From the NCBI GenBank assembly GCA_032161105.1, contig JAVHTD010000013.1: 64,000 nucleotides of DNA, one strand, 5' to 3'. Source of the stretch: Candidatus Thermosaccharophagus tengchongensis. Its GTDB lineage: Bacteria > Armatimonadota > Fervidibacteria > Fervidibacterales > Thermosaccharophagaceae. Positions 10,414-19,552 of this stretch are shown here, in pieces; the stretch's first letter is position 1, and each line of letters begins with the position of its first letter. The translations under genes and the position numbers were made by a program. The notes under the pieces are model-generated. The model searched no databases. It had not been told where the DNA came from and saw nothing but the letters and a program-made list of their open reading frames with translations.

Positions 10414-10809
10414 ATGCAGTGGGCAGGGTGGTCGCTGGTGAGCATGCACATCGCATGCTCATCAGAGGAAAGTCCGGACTCCATAGGGCAGCGCGCTGGG
10501 TAACTCCCAGTCCCCGTGAGGGGAGGAAAGTGCCACAGAAAACATACCGCCATGTGGTTAAGCGGCAGCTGCTAAAACTGTAACGCCCTCAGCTGCTGGC
10601 GTTGCCACATGGTAAGGGTGAAAAGGTGGGGTAAGAGCCCACCAGCAACGCCGTGAGGCGTTGGCTTGGCAAACCCCGCGCGGAGCAAGACCAAACAGGG
10701 GACGCTATCAGGTTGCCCGCCGATGTCCCCGGGTGGGTCGCTTAGAAAAATGACCACCACCGCCACCATGCTGTGGCGGGACAGAATCCGGCTTACATGC
10801 CCACTGCAT
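10414..10809 (+). ncRNA. rnpB: RNase P RNA, bacterial class A-like, apparently without P18
   Basis: GAGGAAAGTCCGG, AGTGCCACAGAAA, GGGTGAAAAGG, GGCAAACCCC, GGAGCAAG and ACAGAATCCGGCTTA boxes; P1 = ATGCAGTGGGCA (10414-10425) with TGCCCACTGCAT (10798-10809). Confidence 0.97.
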
Positions 10810-10858
10810 GCCCCATTTTACCCTCGCACTACACTATGCCAGTGTGAGCCCATCAGCG

Positions 10859-11274
10859 CTACCTCAATTTCACCCGCCACACTTTCGTTGTCTCATCCTT
10901 GCTTGCTGATGCCAGAAACTCACCAGACGGAGCAAAAGCCAACGCAAGCGACCAATTGCGCCCGCCCTCCTTCGTCAAAACCAGCTGCCAATCATTAACC
11001 CGCCAAACCCTCAACCTATCATCCATGCTGCATGAGACGGCAAATTTGCCATCTGGACTAAACCCGACGGCACGAATTTCCCTTTGATGCCATCCCTCTA
11101 AGCGCTTGACCAAACTTCGGCTAACAACATCCCAAACCGCCAAAGTCGCATCTTCGCTTCCAGAGAACAAAATCGCACCATTGGGATGAAATGCCATCGC
11201 CGTAATTGCACCTTGATGGGCTTGCCATTTTACTATCGGCTCCGATTGAGCAACATTCAAAAGCCAGATTTGCC
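10859..11274 (-). pseudogene. 5'-truncated WD40-repeat gene fragment (about 3 repeats)
   Basis: AHQGAITAMAFHPNG...SGSEDATLAVWD, FSPDG...SMDDRLRVW, SASKDETTKVW; frame runs upstream into a TAA within AT-rich DNA with no proper start/RBS. Confidence 0.75.
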
Positions 11275-11906
11275 AATATTAAAAGCTCAAGCACAAAATA
11301 TACCAATATGTATAGTTCCAAGAGGTTTTGGGGCATTCCAAAACTATTGGGTTTTATCAGGAAATAATCTCTATGCTTCATCTACAACTTGGAATGTTGG
11401 CATCGGGACAACGAATCCAGGGGCTAAGTTGGAAATTAATGCTACAGGTGTTTTGGTCCAGGAGGATGGTTGAAGGGGATTCATTTCACAATCACTCAGC
11501 AATCACCATCAAAAATCCACAGGCTGGAAAAGGTGGGCTCTTATTTGGTTTACATGCATTAAATCAAAAGTTTTATTTTGGGCATTATAACCCAGATGAT
11601 AGTTGGGATAAATATATGATGGTGATTGATGCAATTTCAGGCAATGTAGGTATAGGAACAGATAATCCTCAAGCTAAATTAGAGGTAGCTGGAGCAATAA
11701 GGTTAGCTCCTTCTTCTCAACCTTCTAATCCTCAAGAAGGTATGATGTATTATGATAGTAGTTTGCATAAGTTTATGTGTGCAACAGACAAAGGTTGGCA
11801 AGATTGTGGAGGAGCTGGAGAAGTAGCCGGGGGAGAACTAACAGTACCAGTTAAAATTTGGGATTCAAATAAAACTCGTTTAGTTTTAGAAATTACAGAA
11901 GAATAA
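11275..11906 (+). pseudogene. 5'-truncated, frameshifted AT-rich gene with GNVGIGTxxP repeats (tail-fibre/adhesin-like surface protein)
   Basis: WNVGIGTTNPGAKLEI in one frame (stop 11473) and GNVGIGTDNPQAKLEVAG...GMMYYDS in the next frame; frameshift near 11445-11470; about 35% GC in sampled lines. Confidence 0.65.
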
Positions 11907-11907
11907 G

Positions 11908-11937
11908 AAAAATCAGCCCCCTTTATTAGGGGGCTGA
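11908..11937 (-). terminator. Rho-independent terminator between convergent genes
   Basis: Perfect 10-bp stem TCAGCCCCCT (11913-11922) / AGGGGGCTGA (11928-11937), 5-nt loop, U5 tract on the minus strand. Confidence 0.85.
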
Positions 11938-11950
11938 AGAGAAAATTGCC

Positions 11951-13216
11951 CTATAAGGGATCTCCAGGTTGATGCGCATATAAGAGATGAATAGCTTTCT
12001 GCATGAATGGGTGAATGTATGGTCTAGGAGAGGCATCGAGGAAACTACCATTTTTGGTATGATACGCGTTATTGGCTGGTATTAGCAACACATGTCCAAG
12101 CTCATGGGCAACTATTAGAGCTTTGAGTTCGTTAGCCGACGTTAACCAGCCGCGATAGAGAGCTACAAGGCCAATTCCTACTTTGTAGTTAGGATCTTCG
12201 TACACGTAAAACTTCCATGCCTTAGCATAACTAGTGGTATCTACGGTCTCCAGCCGGAGCAGGATAGAACCATAGTCTTCAGGGGCCCTTAGGTCATCCT
12301 TTTGCGTTATTTCAACTACAAAGCTTAATCCTGTATATCTAGTCCAGAAGTCAACTCCCTGTCGGATAGTTTCTAAATACGGCTCTAGCGCTCTATTGAC
12401 CAAGACTTTGATTGGCTTACTAGGCGGTCCGTCACTTAAAGACATAAATCTGACTACTCTCCCGTTTACAGTTGCATACTTAAGCAGAAAATCTCGAGCC
12501 AACCTTTCGAGCTCTGCAGGATCATGAATTAACTCCAGCTCGCTGCTGCCTACATTTCCTTGTGAATCCACTGCCTCCACTCTCACCCATTTTCTGCCTG
12601 GACTTCCGAACTTCTCTAAGTCAACCTCAAACTGCCCACCATTAAATGGCCACTCCTGCAATATTGTTCCTTGGTCAGTTACACGAAGCTTTGCAATCGG
12701 ATAACTACCAGGATATGCTTCTCCCACAATTTTTAGCTTTGTGCCATTTCCTACAGTTCGGACATCTTCTGGCCAATCAGCAGGATACCTTAGATAGACC
12801 TTTGGAGGTTCAACAGAAGGAGAAGGGATTACACGAATTTGTGTCTGACCACTAAACCTGATGTTGTTTCTCACTGCTACAAAGCTAATGGTGTATACAA
12901 CCTCGTTACTGACTTGGAAGCTTACTTGCCAGTGCCTGGAATCATTCAGTTTCTTGAAGGTGATGGATGGCTCTGTTGGCTGGTAGCTCCAGCTTACATC
13001 TGCTTCAGCTAAAATTTGATCCTTCACAGAATCACCGGTTGTAAGCTCAAGGTTAGCTACATCTCCACTTTTGGCTTCGCTTGGTCCGATGATGGACGTA
13101 ATTACATCAGAAGGCTGGCTCGGTGGATTGCTTGGAGGTAGTAGAGGTCCTTTTCCTCCACCTCCGCACCCTCCTATTGTTAGAATCACAGCAAGTAGCA
13201 ACAGATGCCTTTTCAC
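11951..13216 (-). CDS. Lipoprotein with Ig-like domains and C-terminal zincin (HEXXH) metallopeptidase domain
   Basis: MKRHLLLLAVILTIGGC lipobox-like signal; VEAVDSQGNVG Ig-like ending; IVAHELGHVL...H; GTG start after GGGAGGTGA. Confidence 0.75.
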   Translation of the reverse strand: MKRHLLLLAVILTIGGCGGGGKGPLLPPSNPPSQPSDVITSIIGPSEAKSGDVANLELTTGDSVKDQILAEADVSWSYQPTEPSITFKKLNDSRHWQVSFQVSNEVVYTISFVAVRNNIRFSGQTQIRVIPSPSVEPPKVYLRYPADWPEDVRTVGNGTKLKIVGEAYPGSYPIAKLRVTDQGTILQEWPFNGGQFEVDLEKFGSPGRKWVRVEAVDSQGNVGSSELELIHDPAELERLARDFLLKYATVNGRVVRFMSLSDGPPSKPIKVLVNRALEPYLETIRQGVDFWTRYTGLSFVVEITQKDDLRAPEDYGSILLRLETVDTTSYAKAWKFYVYEDPNYKVGIGLVALYRGWLTSANELKALIVAHELGHVLLIPANNAYHTKNGSFLDASPRPYIHPFMQKAIHLLYAHQPGDPL

Positions 13217-13259
13217 AGCTTTTCACCTCCCTTTGGTTTTGTTTTAGTGCACTACTTAA

Positions 13260-13268
13260 ATTATAACA
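13260..13268 (-). promoter_or_regulatory. Extended -10 (TGtTATAAT) for the zincin lipoprotein gene
   Basis: Minus strand reads GTGTTATAAT about 45 nt upstream of the start codon. Confidence 0.6.
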
Positions 13269-14118
13269 CTAAGGGAATTTGATTTTGTCATCACTCCCTG
13301 AAGCCAAAATTTGTCCGTCTGGGGAAAAGGAAACGGAGCTCACCAAATCTGTATGCCCCATAAGTGTTCTAATAAGGCTTCCGTCTGATACTCGCCATAG
13401 TGGGTGAAACACTATTGCTGATGCCTGCCATATTGCTCTCACTTTCCCGATCGCCTTCGTCAGTGTAGAGGCTTTTAGTGGTATGGTTGGTCTCGGTATA
13501 GGCTTGGGTTGCACCTTACCTTGTATTGCCCTCCAAAACTCGTCCACACTATCAAACCGATGGTTAGGGTCAAACCTCATTGCCACTTCAATGGCTTGCC
13601 AAGCAGCATCGGGGGGCATCAGCAGGTTTAGGGGGCAATGTCAGTTCACCATTTCGGAATTTCTCCATGCGAGTGAACGCATCATCGGGTATTTGTCCTG
13701 TAAGTGCGAAGACCATTGTGGCTGCCAAAGCATATTGGTCGGCACGAGCATTAACTTCAACCCCGCTTTGATACTGCTCAGGTGGCGAATAGCCATCCGT
13801 CCATGCGACAATGGAGCTTGACCTTGGTCGGTTCGGGTCAACGGCTTCCAAAACCTTCGCAACACCAAAGTCAACGAGATGGTTTTCCTTGATGGCGACA
13901 AGTCCGTTAGTTTGCAAATCGGTTGCCCGATACACTGCGCCAAAACCGCCACTGCCACGAATGCCATCAATTCGGTATCGCCCTTGCAAAACCGTTCCAC
14001 GACCGAGAAGTTGCCTTTGAGGAGTCCCACACTTGGGGCAGTTGTTTGCCGACAGCGAAACATCAGCACCGCACTTTGGGTTTGGGCAAAGTTGAATGTT
14101 TGAGGCTTGAACCGTCAT
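13269..14118 (-). pseudogene. Decayed zinc-ribbon + Hanks Ser/Thr kinase + WD40 gene
   Basis: CPNPKC/CPKC ribbon, GSGGFGAVY, VAIKE joined directly to LVDFG (no HRD), GYSPPEQ, frameshift near 13600-13635, one WD40 repeat [25 protein letters not shown], then premature stop. Confidence 0.85.
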
Positions 14119-14257
14119 CCTCTCACCCCAACTTCGGTGAACCAACATCTTCACCAACGACTTTACCCGCACCGATACAGCGATGCGCCACCCACAATTG
14201 ACCTCTTCGCCAATCCTGCTGCATTTGGTGCAGCTCAAGATTTCTCCCGCGCTCGCA

Positions 14258-16555
14258 TCACTCAATCTTCCTCAAAGGCGCATATTCAAGTGCGAGGCAT
14301 TTTTCGCCGATGGTTGGTTCGTCAAAGACGATGTAAGCTTGCGCTCTCCTCCCGACTCGCTCAACCATCCTTACAGTGCCTGTGCCAAATTTGGCGTGAA
14401 TGACCCTGTCACCAGGTTTGAGGTCAATCAATGTCTCACTTTCTTCGTGCTCATCCAGTGAGGTGGCAGTCAATCTGGGCTCGCTTTCCGATTCGCGTTT
14501 GTGCCTGTCAAGCAAGTCCCGAATGTTGAACACCACTGATCGCCACGGGCGCATCACCGTGGTTGGCTGGAAAGTCCTTATAAAGCCGCTCATTGTCGGC
14601 TCACCATAAATGCGATGCATTAGCTCATTCGGTATCTCGCCAATGAATCGTGATGGGGCTTGCGTATAGTGCAAATAGCCGTCATAGCCCCTTCTCATGC
14701 GCTTTGCGGCGTGCGTCAGTATGACCAAGTCCTTTGCCCTCGTCAGTGCGACATAGAACAGGCGCCTTTCCTCCTCAAACTCCTCGTCGCTATTCATGCT
14801 TCTGAAGTGTGGGAATAAACCTTCCTCAAGCCCGACGACGAAGACAACTGGAAACTCAAGTCCTTTGGCACTGTGCACAGTCAGCAATGTGACTGCGTCG
14901 CCATCCCAAGATGCCTCATCCTGCGGCGTCAAAAGGGCGATTTGCTCAAGGAAGGGTTGCAATGCCTTTGAGGCTGGCTCATCATCAAATGCCCTCTTTG
15001 CCGCCATCATGAGCTGTTCAATGTTTGCAAGCCTTTCCAATGCCTGCAATTCGCCCTCGGCTTTGAGCATCTCGCCATAGCCGCTTTCGTCAATGATGAG
15101 CTCAATCAACTTCGGTATGCTCACCTTGCTCATTTGCTCCCTCCACCTGATGACCAAACGCCTGAAGTTGAGCACGGCTTTAAGCTCCCTTTCCCTGAGC
15201 GACGATATCCCGCCTTCAAAGATAAGCCCTCCAATTGACAGCCCCTTTGATTGCGCCTCCGCCCTCAGATTGCGCAATGTCATTTCGCCGATGCCCCTCG
15301 GCGGAAGGTTGATTACCCTGAGCAGGCTGATTTCGTCATCGCTGTTGATTAGCAGGCGCATGAATGCGACCATGTCCTTAATCTCTCGGCGCTCGTAGAA
15401 GCGCACCGCACCAACAACACGGTGCGGTATGCCAAAGTGCAAGAAGGCTTCCTCAAATGGGCGTGACTGCGCATTCACACGATACATCACGGCGAAATCA
15501 CAATAGCGCCTCCTATCCTGTGAGATGAGCTCACGAATCATGTTCGCCACAAAGAGGGCTTCCTTGTCCTCGTCCGATGCCTCATACACGAGTATTGGCA
15601 GTCCGCCCTCCCTCACCGTCCTTAGGCGCTTCTCATGCCTGTAGCGGTTGTTCTTTATGACATGGTAGGCTGCATCCAATATCACGCCCGTTGAGCGGTA
15701 GTTCCTCTCAAGGGTTATCACCTTGGCATCGTGGAACCTGTCTTTGAGCTCAAGTATGAACTTGACGCTCGCCTTCCTCCAACCGTATATCGCTTGGTCA
15801 TCATCGCCGACGACGAAAATGTTTCGGTGCCATCTTGCGAGGGCGCAAGCAAGCTCATGCTGGAGGTAGTTCACATCCTGATACTCGTCCACATGGATGT
15901 ATTGGAACCGCTCGCTGTATTGCCGCCAAAGGCTTTCGTTCTCCCAAAGCATGCGCAACGCATAGAGCAACAGGTCATCAAAGTCAACGGCATTTGATGA
16001 GCGCAGTGTCCTCTCATACTGCTCATAGATGGTTGCGACGGTTTTCTCAAAAGGTGTCTTTGCAACCTCGGCATAATCTTCGTGTGAGAGCATGTCCACC
16101 TTGGCGCTGCTTATCGCCGCCTGTATCGCATTCGGGCTATACATGTCGCTGCCCATCCCGAGCTCCCGCATTATTCGCTTTATGAGCGCGATTTGATCAT
16201 CCTCATCAAAGATGACGAAGTTGGGCTTCAAGCCAACAGAGCTGCCGTGCATCCTGAGCATGCGTGCGCATATTGCGTGGAATGTCCCTATCCACATCTG
16301 CTCGCATGCTCTCCCGATGAGGCGCTCAAGGCGCTCTCGCATCTCATTTGCGGCTTTGTTCGTGAAGGTCACAGCCATGATGAAAGACGGTGGGACGCCC
16401 TTGCACCCAACAAGGTATGCAACCCTGTATGTCAGCACCCTCGTCTTGCCGCTGCCCGCACCAGCAAAGACGATGACCGGCCCTTCGGTCTCCATAACTG
16501 CCATGCGCTGTTGCTCATCAAGTTGCTCAATCAGGTGTGAGGGATTGAAGCGCAT
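14258..16555 (-). CDS. pcrA: UvrD/PcrA SF1 DNA helicase
   Basis: AGAGSGKT, TFTNKAA, DEYQD, VGDDDQAIYGWR, NYRS, HSAKGLEF, EERRLFYVALTRA, C-terminal Tudor-like domain. Confidence 0.95.
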   Translation of the reverse strand: MRFNPSHLIEQLDEQQRMAVMETEGPVIVFAGAGSGKTRVLTYRVAYLVGCKGVPPSFIMAVTFTNKAANEMRERLERLIGRACEQMWIGTFHAICARMLRMHGSSVGLKPNFVIFDEDDQIALIKRIMRELGMGSDMYSPNAIQAAISSAKVDMLSHEDYAEVAKTPFEKTVATIYEQYERTLRSSNAVDFDDLLLYALRMLWENESLWRQYSERFQYIHVDEYQDVNYLQHELACALARWHRNIFVVGDDDQAIYGWRKASVKFILELKDRFHDAKVITLERNYRSTGVILDAAYHVIKNNRYRHEKRLRTVREGGLPILVYEASDEDKEALFVANMIRELISQDRRRYCDFAVMYRVNAQSRPFEEAFLHFGIPHRVVGAVRFYERREIKDMVAFMRLLINSDDEISLLRVINLPPRGIGEMTLRNLRAEAQSKGLSIGGLIFEGGISSLRERELKAVLNFRRLVIRWREQMSKVSIPKLIELIIDESGYGEMLKAEGELQALERLANIEQLMMAAKRAFDDEPASKALQPFLEQIALLTPQDEASWDGDAVTLLTVHSAKGLEFPVVFVVGLEEGLFPHFRSMNSDEEFEEERRLFYVALTRAKDLVILTHAAKRMRRGYDGYLHYTQAPSRFIGEIPNELMHRIYGEPTMSGFIRTFQPTTVMRPWRSVVFNIRDLLDRHKRESESEPRLTATSLDEHEESETLIDLKPGDRVIHAKFGTGTVRMVERVGRRAQAYIVFDEPTIGEKCLALEYAPLRKIE

Positions 16556-16602
16556 CTGCTAAATCACCCTGAACCACATCAATCCGATAGAGCAAATGTG
16601 GA

Positions 16603-18243
16603 CTACGGTGCAACTGTATGCCTGACTTTGAACATGCTGTGGCTCTTCTCAAGCGCCGCAGCTATGAAGTCCCTGAACAGCGGGTGTGCTCTGTTGGGGC
16701 GCGATTTGAATTCGGGATGAAACTGCGTTGCCACAAACCAAGGGTGGTCTCTAAGTTCAATTATCTCAACGAGCCTGCCATCCGGAGACAGCCCGCTGAA
16801 GACCATCCCGTGCTTTTCAAGCAAGTCGCAATATCTCGGGTTGACCTCATATCTGTGCCTATGGCGCTCATAAACGCAATCGGCTTTATACGCCTCGTAG
16901 GCTTTCGTGCCCGGTTGAATGACGCAAGGATAAGCTCCAAGGCGCATTGTCCCACCAAGCCTTGTAACCTTCTGCTGTTCCTCAAGCAGGTCAATCACTG
17001 GGTGCTCACATGTCTTATCAAACTCACTGCTGTTTGCGCCCTTAAGACCGCACACATCCCTTGCAAATTCAATCACGGCGCACTGGAGTCCAAGGCAAAG
17101 CCCCAAAAACGGTATCTCCCTCTCACGGGCATACTTTATTGCCGTAACCTTCCCTTCAATCCCCCTATATCCGAAGCCGCCGGGAACGACTATGCCGCTC
17201 ACATCCCCAAGCAGCGATTCAACATTGTCATCGGTGAGCTGCTCAGAGTCAACCCACTTTATCTCAACGCGGCACCTGTTTGCGTATCCACCGTGCTTTA
17301 TCGCCTCAGCAACGCTTATGTATGCGTCATGAAGCTGCACATATTTTCCGACGAGAGCCACACGGCACGAGTGCAATGGCTCCTTCATCGCCTTAACCAT
17401 GTCACGCCACTCCGAAAGGTCCGGCTCCCTATCTGGCAGGTTGAGCCGCTCAACAGTTAGCCTGCCAAGCCCCTGCTCCTCAAATGTCAAGGGCAGCTCG
17501 TAAATTTGGTCCGTGTCAAGCCCCTCAATTATTGCCTCAAGTGGGACTTCGCAAAAGAGGGCAACCTTCCGCCTCATCTCCTCAGTGAGCGGCAGCTTGC
17601 TCCTGCAGATGAGCACATCAGGCTGTATTCCGATGCTGCGCAGTTCCCTCACGCTATGCTGTGTCGGCTTCGTCTTCATCTCGTTCCTCGGTCCGACATA
17701 TGGTATGAGCGTGACATGAACATACATCACATTATCAAAGCCCTCGTCAATCTTGAACTGCCTCGCAGCCTCAAGGAATGGCATCCCCTCTATGTCCCCG
17801 ACTGTCCCACCAATCTCAACAATCGCCACATCGGCATCGTAGTCATCGGCAAGTGAGCGTATCCTGTCCTTGATCTCATCCGTGACATGCGGGATGACTT
17901 GAACCGTTTGACCGAGATACTCCCCCCTCCTCTCCTTCTCAATCACAGCGCCGTAGATTGTGCCAGTTGTGATGTTCGCCTTTCTCGTCAAGTTGATGTC
18001 AACGAAGCGCTCATAGTGCCCCAAGTCCAAATCAGTCTCAGCACCATCTTCGGTGACGAAGACTTCGCCATGTTGATACGGATTCATCGTCCCGGCATCC
18101 ACATTCAGGTATGGGTCAATCTTTTGCAGCGAGACCTTAAAGCCACGAGCTTTGAGAAGCCTGCCAAGGCATGCAGTCGTTATTCCCTTACCGATTGAGG
18201 AAACGACGCCGCCAGTAACGAACACATATTTCCTTCGCCTCAT
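16603..18243 (-). CDS. pyrG: CTP synthase
   Basis: [55 protein letters not shown]. Confidence 0.98.
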   Translation of the reverse strand: MRRRKYVFVTGGVVSSIGKGITTACLGRLLKARGFKVSLQKIDPYLNVDAGTMNPYQHGEVFVTEDGAETDLDLGHYERFVDINLTRKANITTGTIYGAVIEKERRGEYLGQTVQVIPHVTDEIKDRIRSLADDYDADVAIVEIGGTVGDIEGMPFLEAARQFKIDEGFDNVMYVHVTLIPYVGPRNEMKTKPTQHSVRELRSIGIQPDVLICRSKLPLTEEMRRKVALFCEVPLEAIIEGLDTDQIYELPLTFEEQGLGRLTVERLNLPDREPDLSEWRDMVKAMKEPLHSCRVALVGKYVQLHDAYISVAEAIKHGGYANRCRVEIKWVDSEQLTDDNVESLLGDVSGIVVPGGFGYRGIEGKVTAIKYAREREIPFLGLCLGLQCAVIEFARDVCGLKGANSSEFDKTCEHPVIDLLEEQQKVTRLGGTMRLGAYPCVIQPGTKAYEAYKADCVYERHRHRYEVNPRYCDLLEKHGMVFSGLSPDGRLVEIIELRDHPWFVATQFHPEFKSRPNRAHPLFRDFIAAALEKSHSMFKVRHTVAP

Positions 18244-18312
18244 CTCCGCTCACCCTCTTTGAGACCACTCCATTGAGTGTGAGTTTGCGACAGCGCTATC
18301 GGCACTCAAAAA

Positions 18313-19332
18313 TTATTTTGAGCAGTTGATGAGCACTTTGATTCGCTCAAGATCACCGTAAGCCAAGCTGAGGAAAGCCTCCCTCGCCTCACGCAACGGG
18401 ACTTCACTCACCCAGCCATGAACTTGCACATGCTCATCACAAAGCAGCTTTATGGCTGCTTCAAAGTCACCACGGGTGTATGCATAGCTGCCTTGAATGC
18501 GCTTTTCGCCCGTCACAATGCCCGCGCCATCAATGAGGGCATCGGCATCGTGCAAGCCAATCCACACCGCAATCCCTTCCGGGGATAGCAGCTTGCATGA
18601 GAGTGCCCTCGTCTCACTCTTCCCAACAGCATCAAAACACACATCAGCGCCAACACCATGCGTCAAATCGCTAACAAGCTCACTCACATCAACTTCATTC
18701 GGGTCAATAGCCACTTCAGCACCGAGTGACTTGGCGACCTCCCTGCGCTGCTCAACCGGATCAATGACCACGACAGTGATGCCATCAAAACGCTTCACCA
18801 CTTGCAGGCAAAGCAACCCTATCGTGCCAGCGCCAATGATGACCACATTGTTGAAACCGTTTGTGCGCGCAAGGCGGCATGCATGCACCGCATTTGCCAA
18901 CGGCTCCGAGAGGGCTGCAAGCTTTAGGTCAAGCATGCTTGGGAGCTTGAAGACGCATTGCCTTGGAACACTCACATACTCGGCATACCCGCCGGGACGA
19001 TGCATGCTCAAAAGCTTCCTCCGCTGGCAAACATTCTCAAAGCCCCTCATGCACAGCCTGCATTCACCGCATGATATAAGCGGGTTAACCACTACGCGCT
19101 CTCCAACCTCAAAGCCACTTACGCCATGACCAACATCAGCCACAATGCCACTAAACTCATGCCCCATGATCAAAGGCGGCTTGCGCCTCCTGCCACTCAC
19201 AAACGATTCAACCTCAGAGCCGCAAATGCCGCACCATGCAACCTTGATTAACACTTCATCGGCTCCCGGTTTGGGCATCGGCAACTCAAGCAATTCAATC
19301 TCTCCGGGCGCTGTGTAAACGAGTGCCATCAT
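18313..19332 (-). CDS. Zn-dependent medium-chain alcohol/polyol dehydrogenase
   Basis: CGICGSE, GHEFSG, CGECRLC...C structural Zn, GAGTIG. Confidence 0.9.
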   Translation of the reverse strand: MMALVYTAPGEIELLELPMPKPGADEVLIKVAWCGICGSEVESFVSGRRRKPPLIMGHEFSGIVADVGHGVSGFEVGERVVVNPLISCGECRLCMRGFENVCQRRKLLSMHRPGGYAEYVSVPRQCVFKLPSMLDLKLAALSEPLANAVHACRLARTNGFNNVVIIGAGTIGLLCLQVVKRFDGITVVVIDPVEQRREVAKSLGAEVAIDPNEVDVSELVSDLTHGVGADVCFDAVGKSETRALSCKLLSPEGIAVWIGLHDADALIDGAGIVTGEKRIQGSYAYTRGDFEAAIKLLCDEHVQVHGWVSEVPLREAREAFLSLAYGDLERIKVLINCSK

Positions 19333-19552
19333 CCCCTTTTGAGTTCACCTCCAACATGGCAAGCCTGCCACATGCCACTTCAACGGTGCATTTTATGTCG
19401 CGCTCGGACGAATGGCACATCCGTTAACGGCACTTGGCACACTGCGACACATTGCATAATTGATGAAAGCTGTGGGCTGTTTTTTCATCAATCACCACAT
19501 AGCGCAAGCTGCGCAAGCTATATTCACAGCTGCTTCAAGGTTGTGAACGAGC

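Noticed and set aside
10790..14258. Site-specific integrative element at the rnpB 3' end
   Set aside because: No duplicated rnpB 3' sequence at the pcrA side and no integrase gene.
14119..14265. Cys-containing N-terminal extension of the kinase ORF
   Set aside because: An RBS precedes ATG 14118; the upstream part is most likely intergenic.
16618..17460. 280-aa plus-strand ORF and similar long antisense ORFs (1680-2375, 18497-19129, 30251-30898, 54402-55085)
   Set aside because: Shadow frames opposite well-supported genes, with no recognisable motifs.
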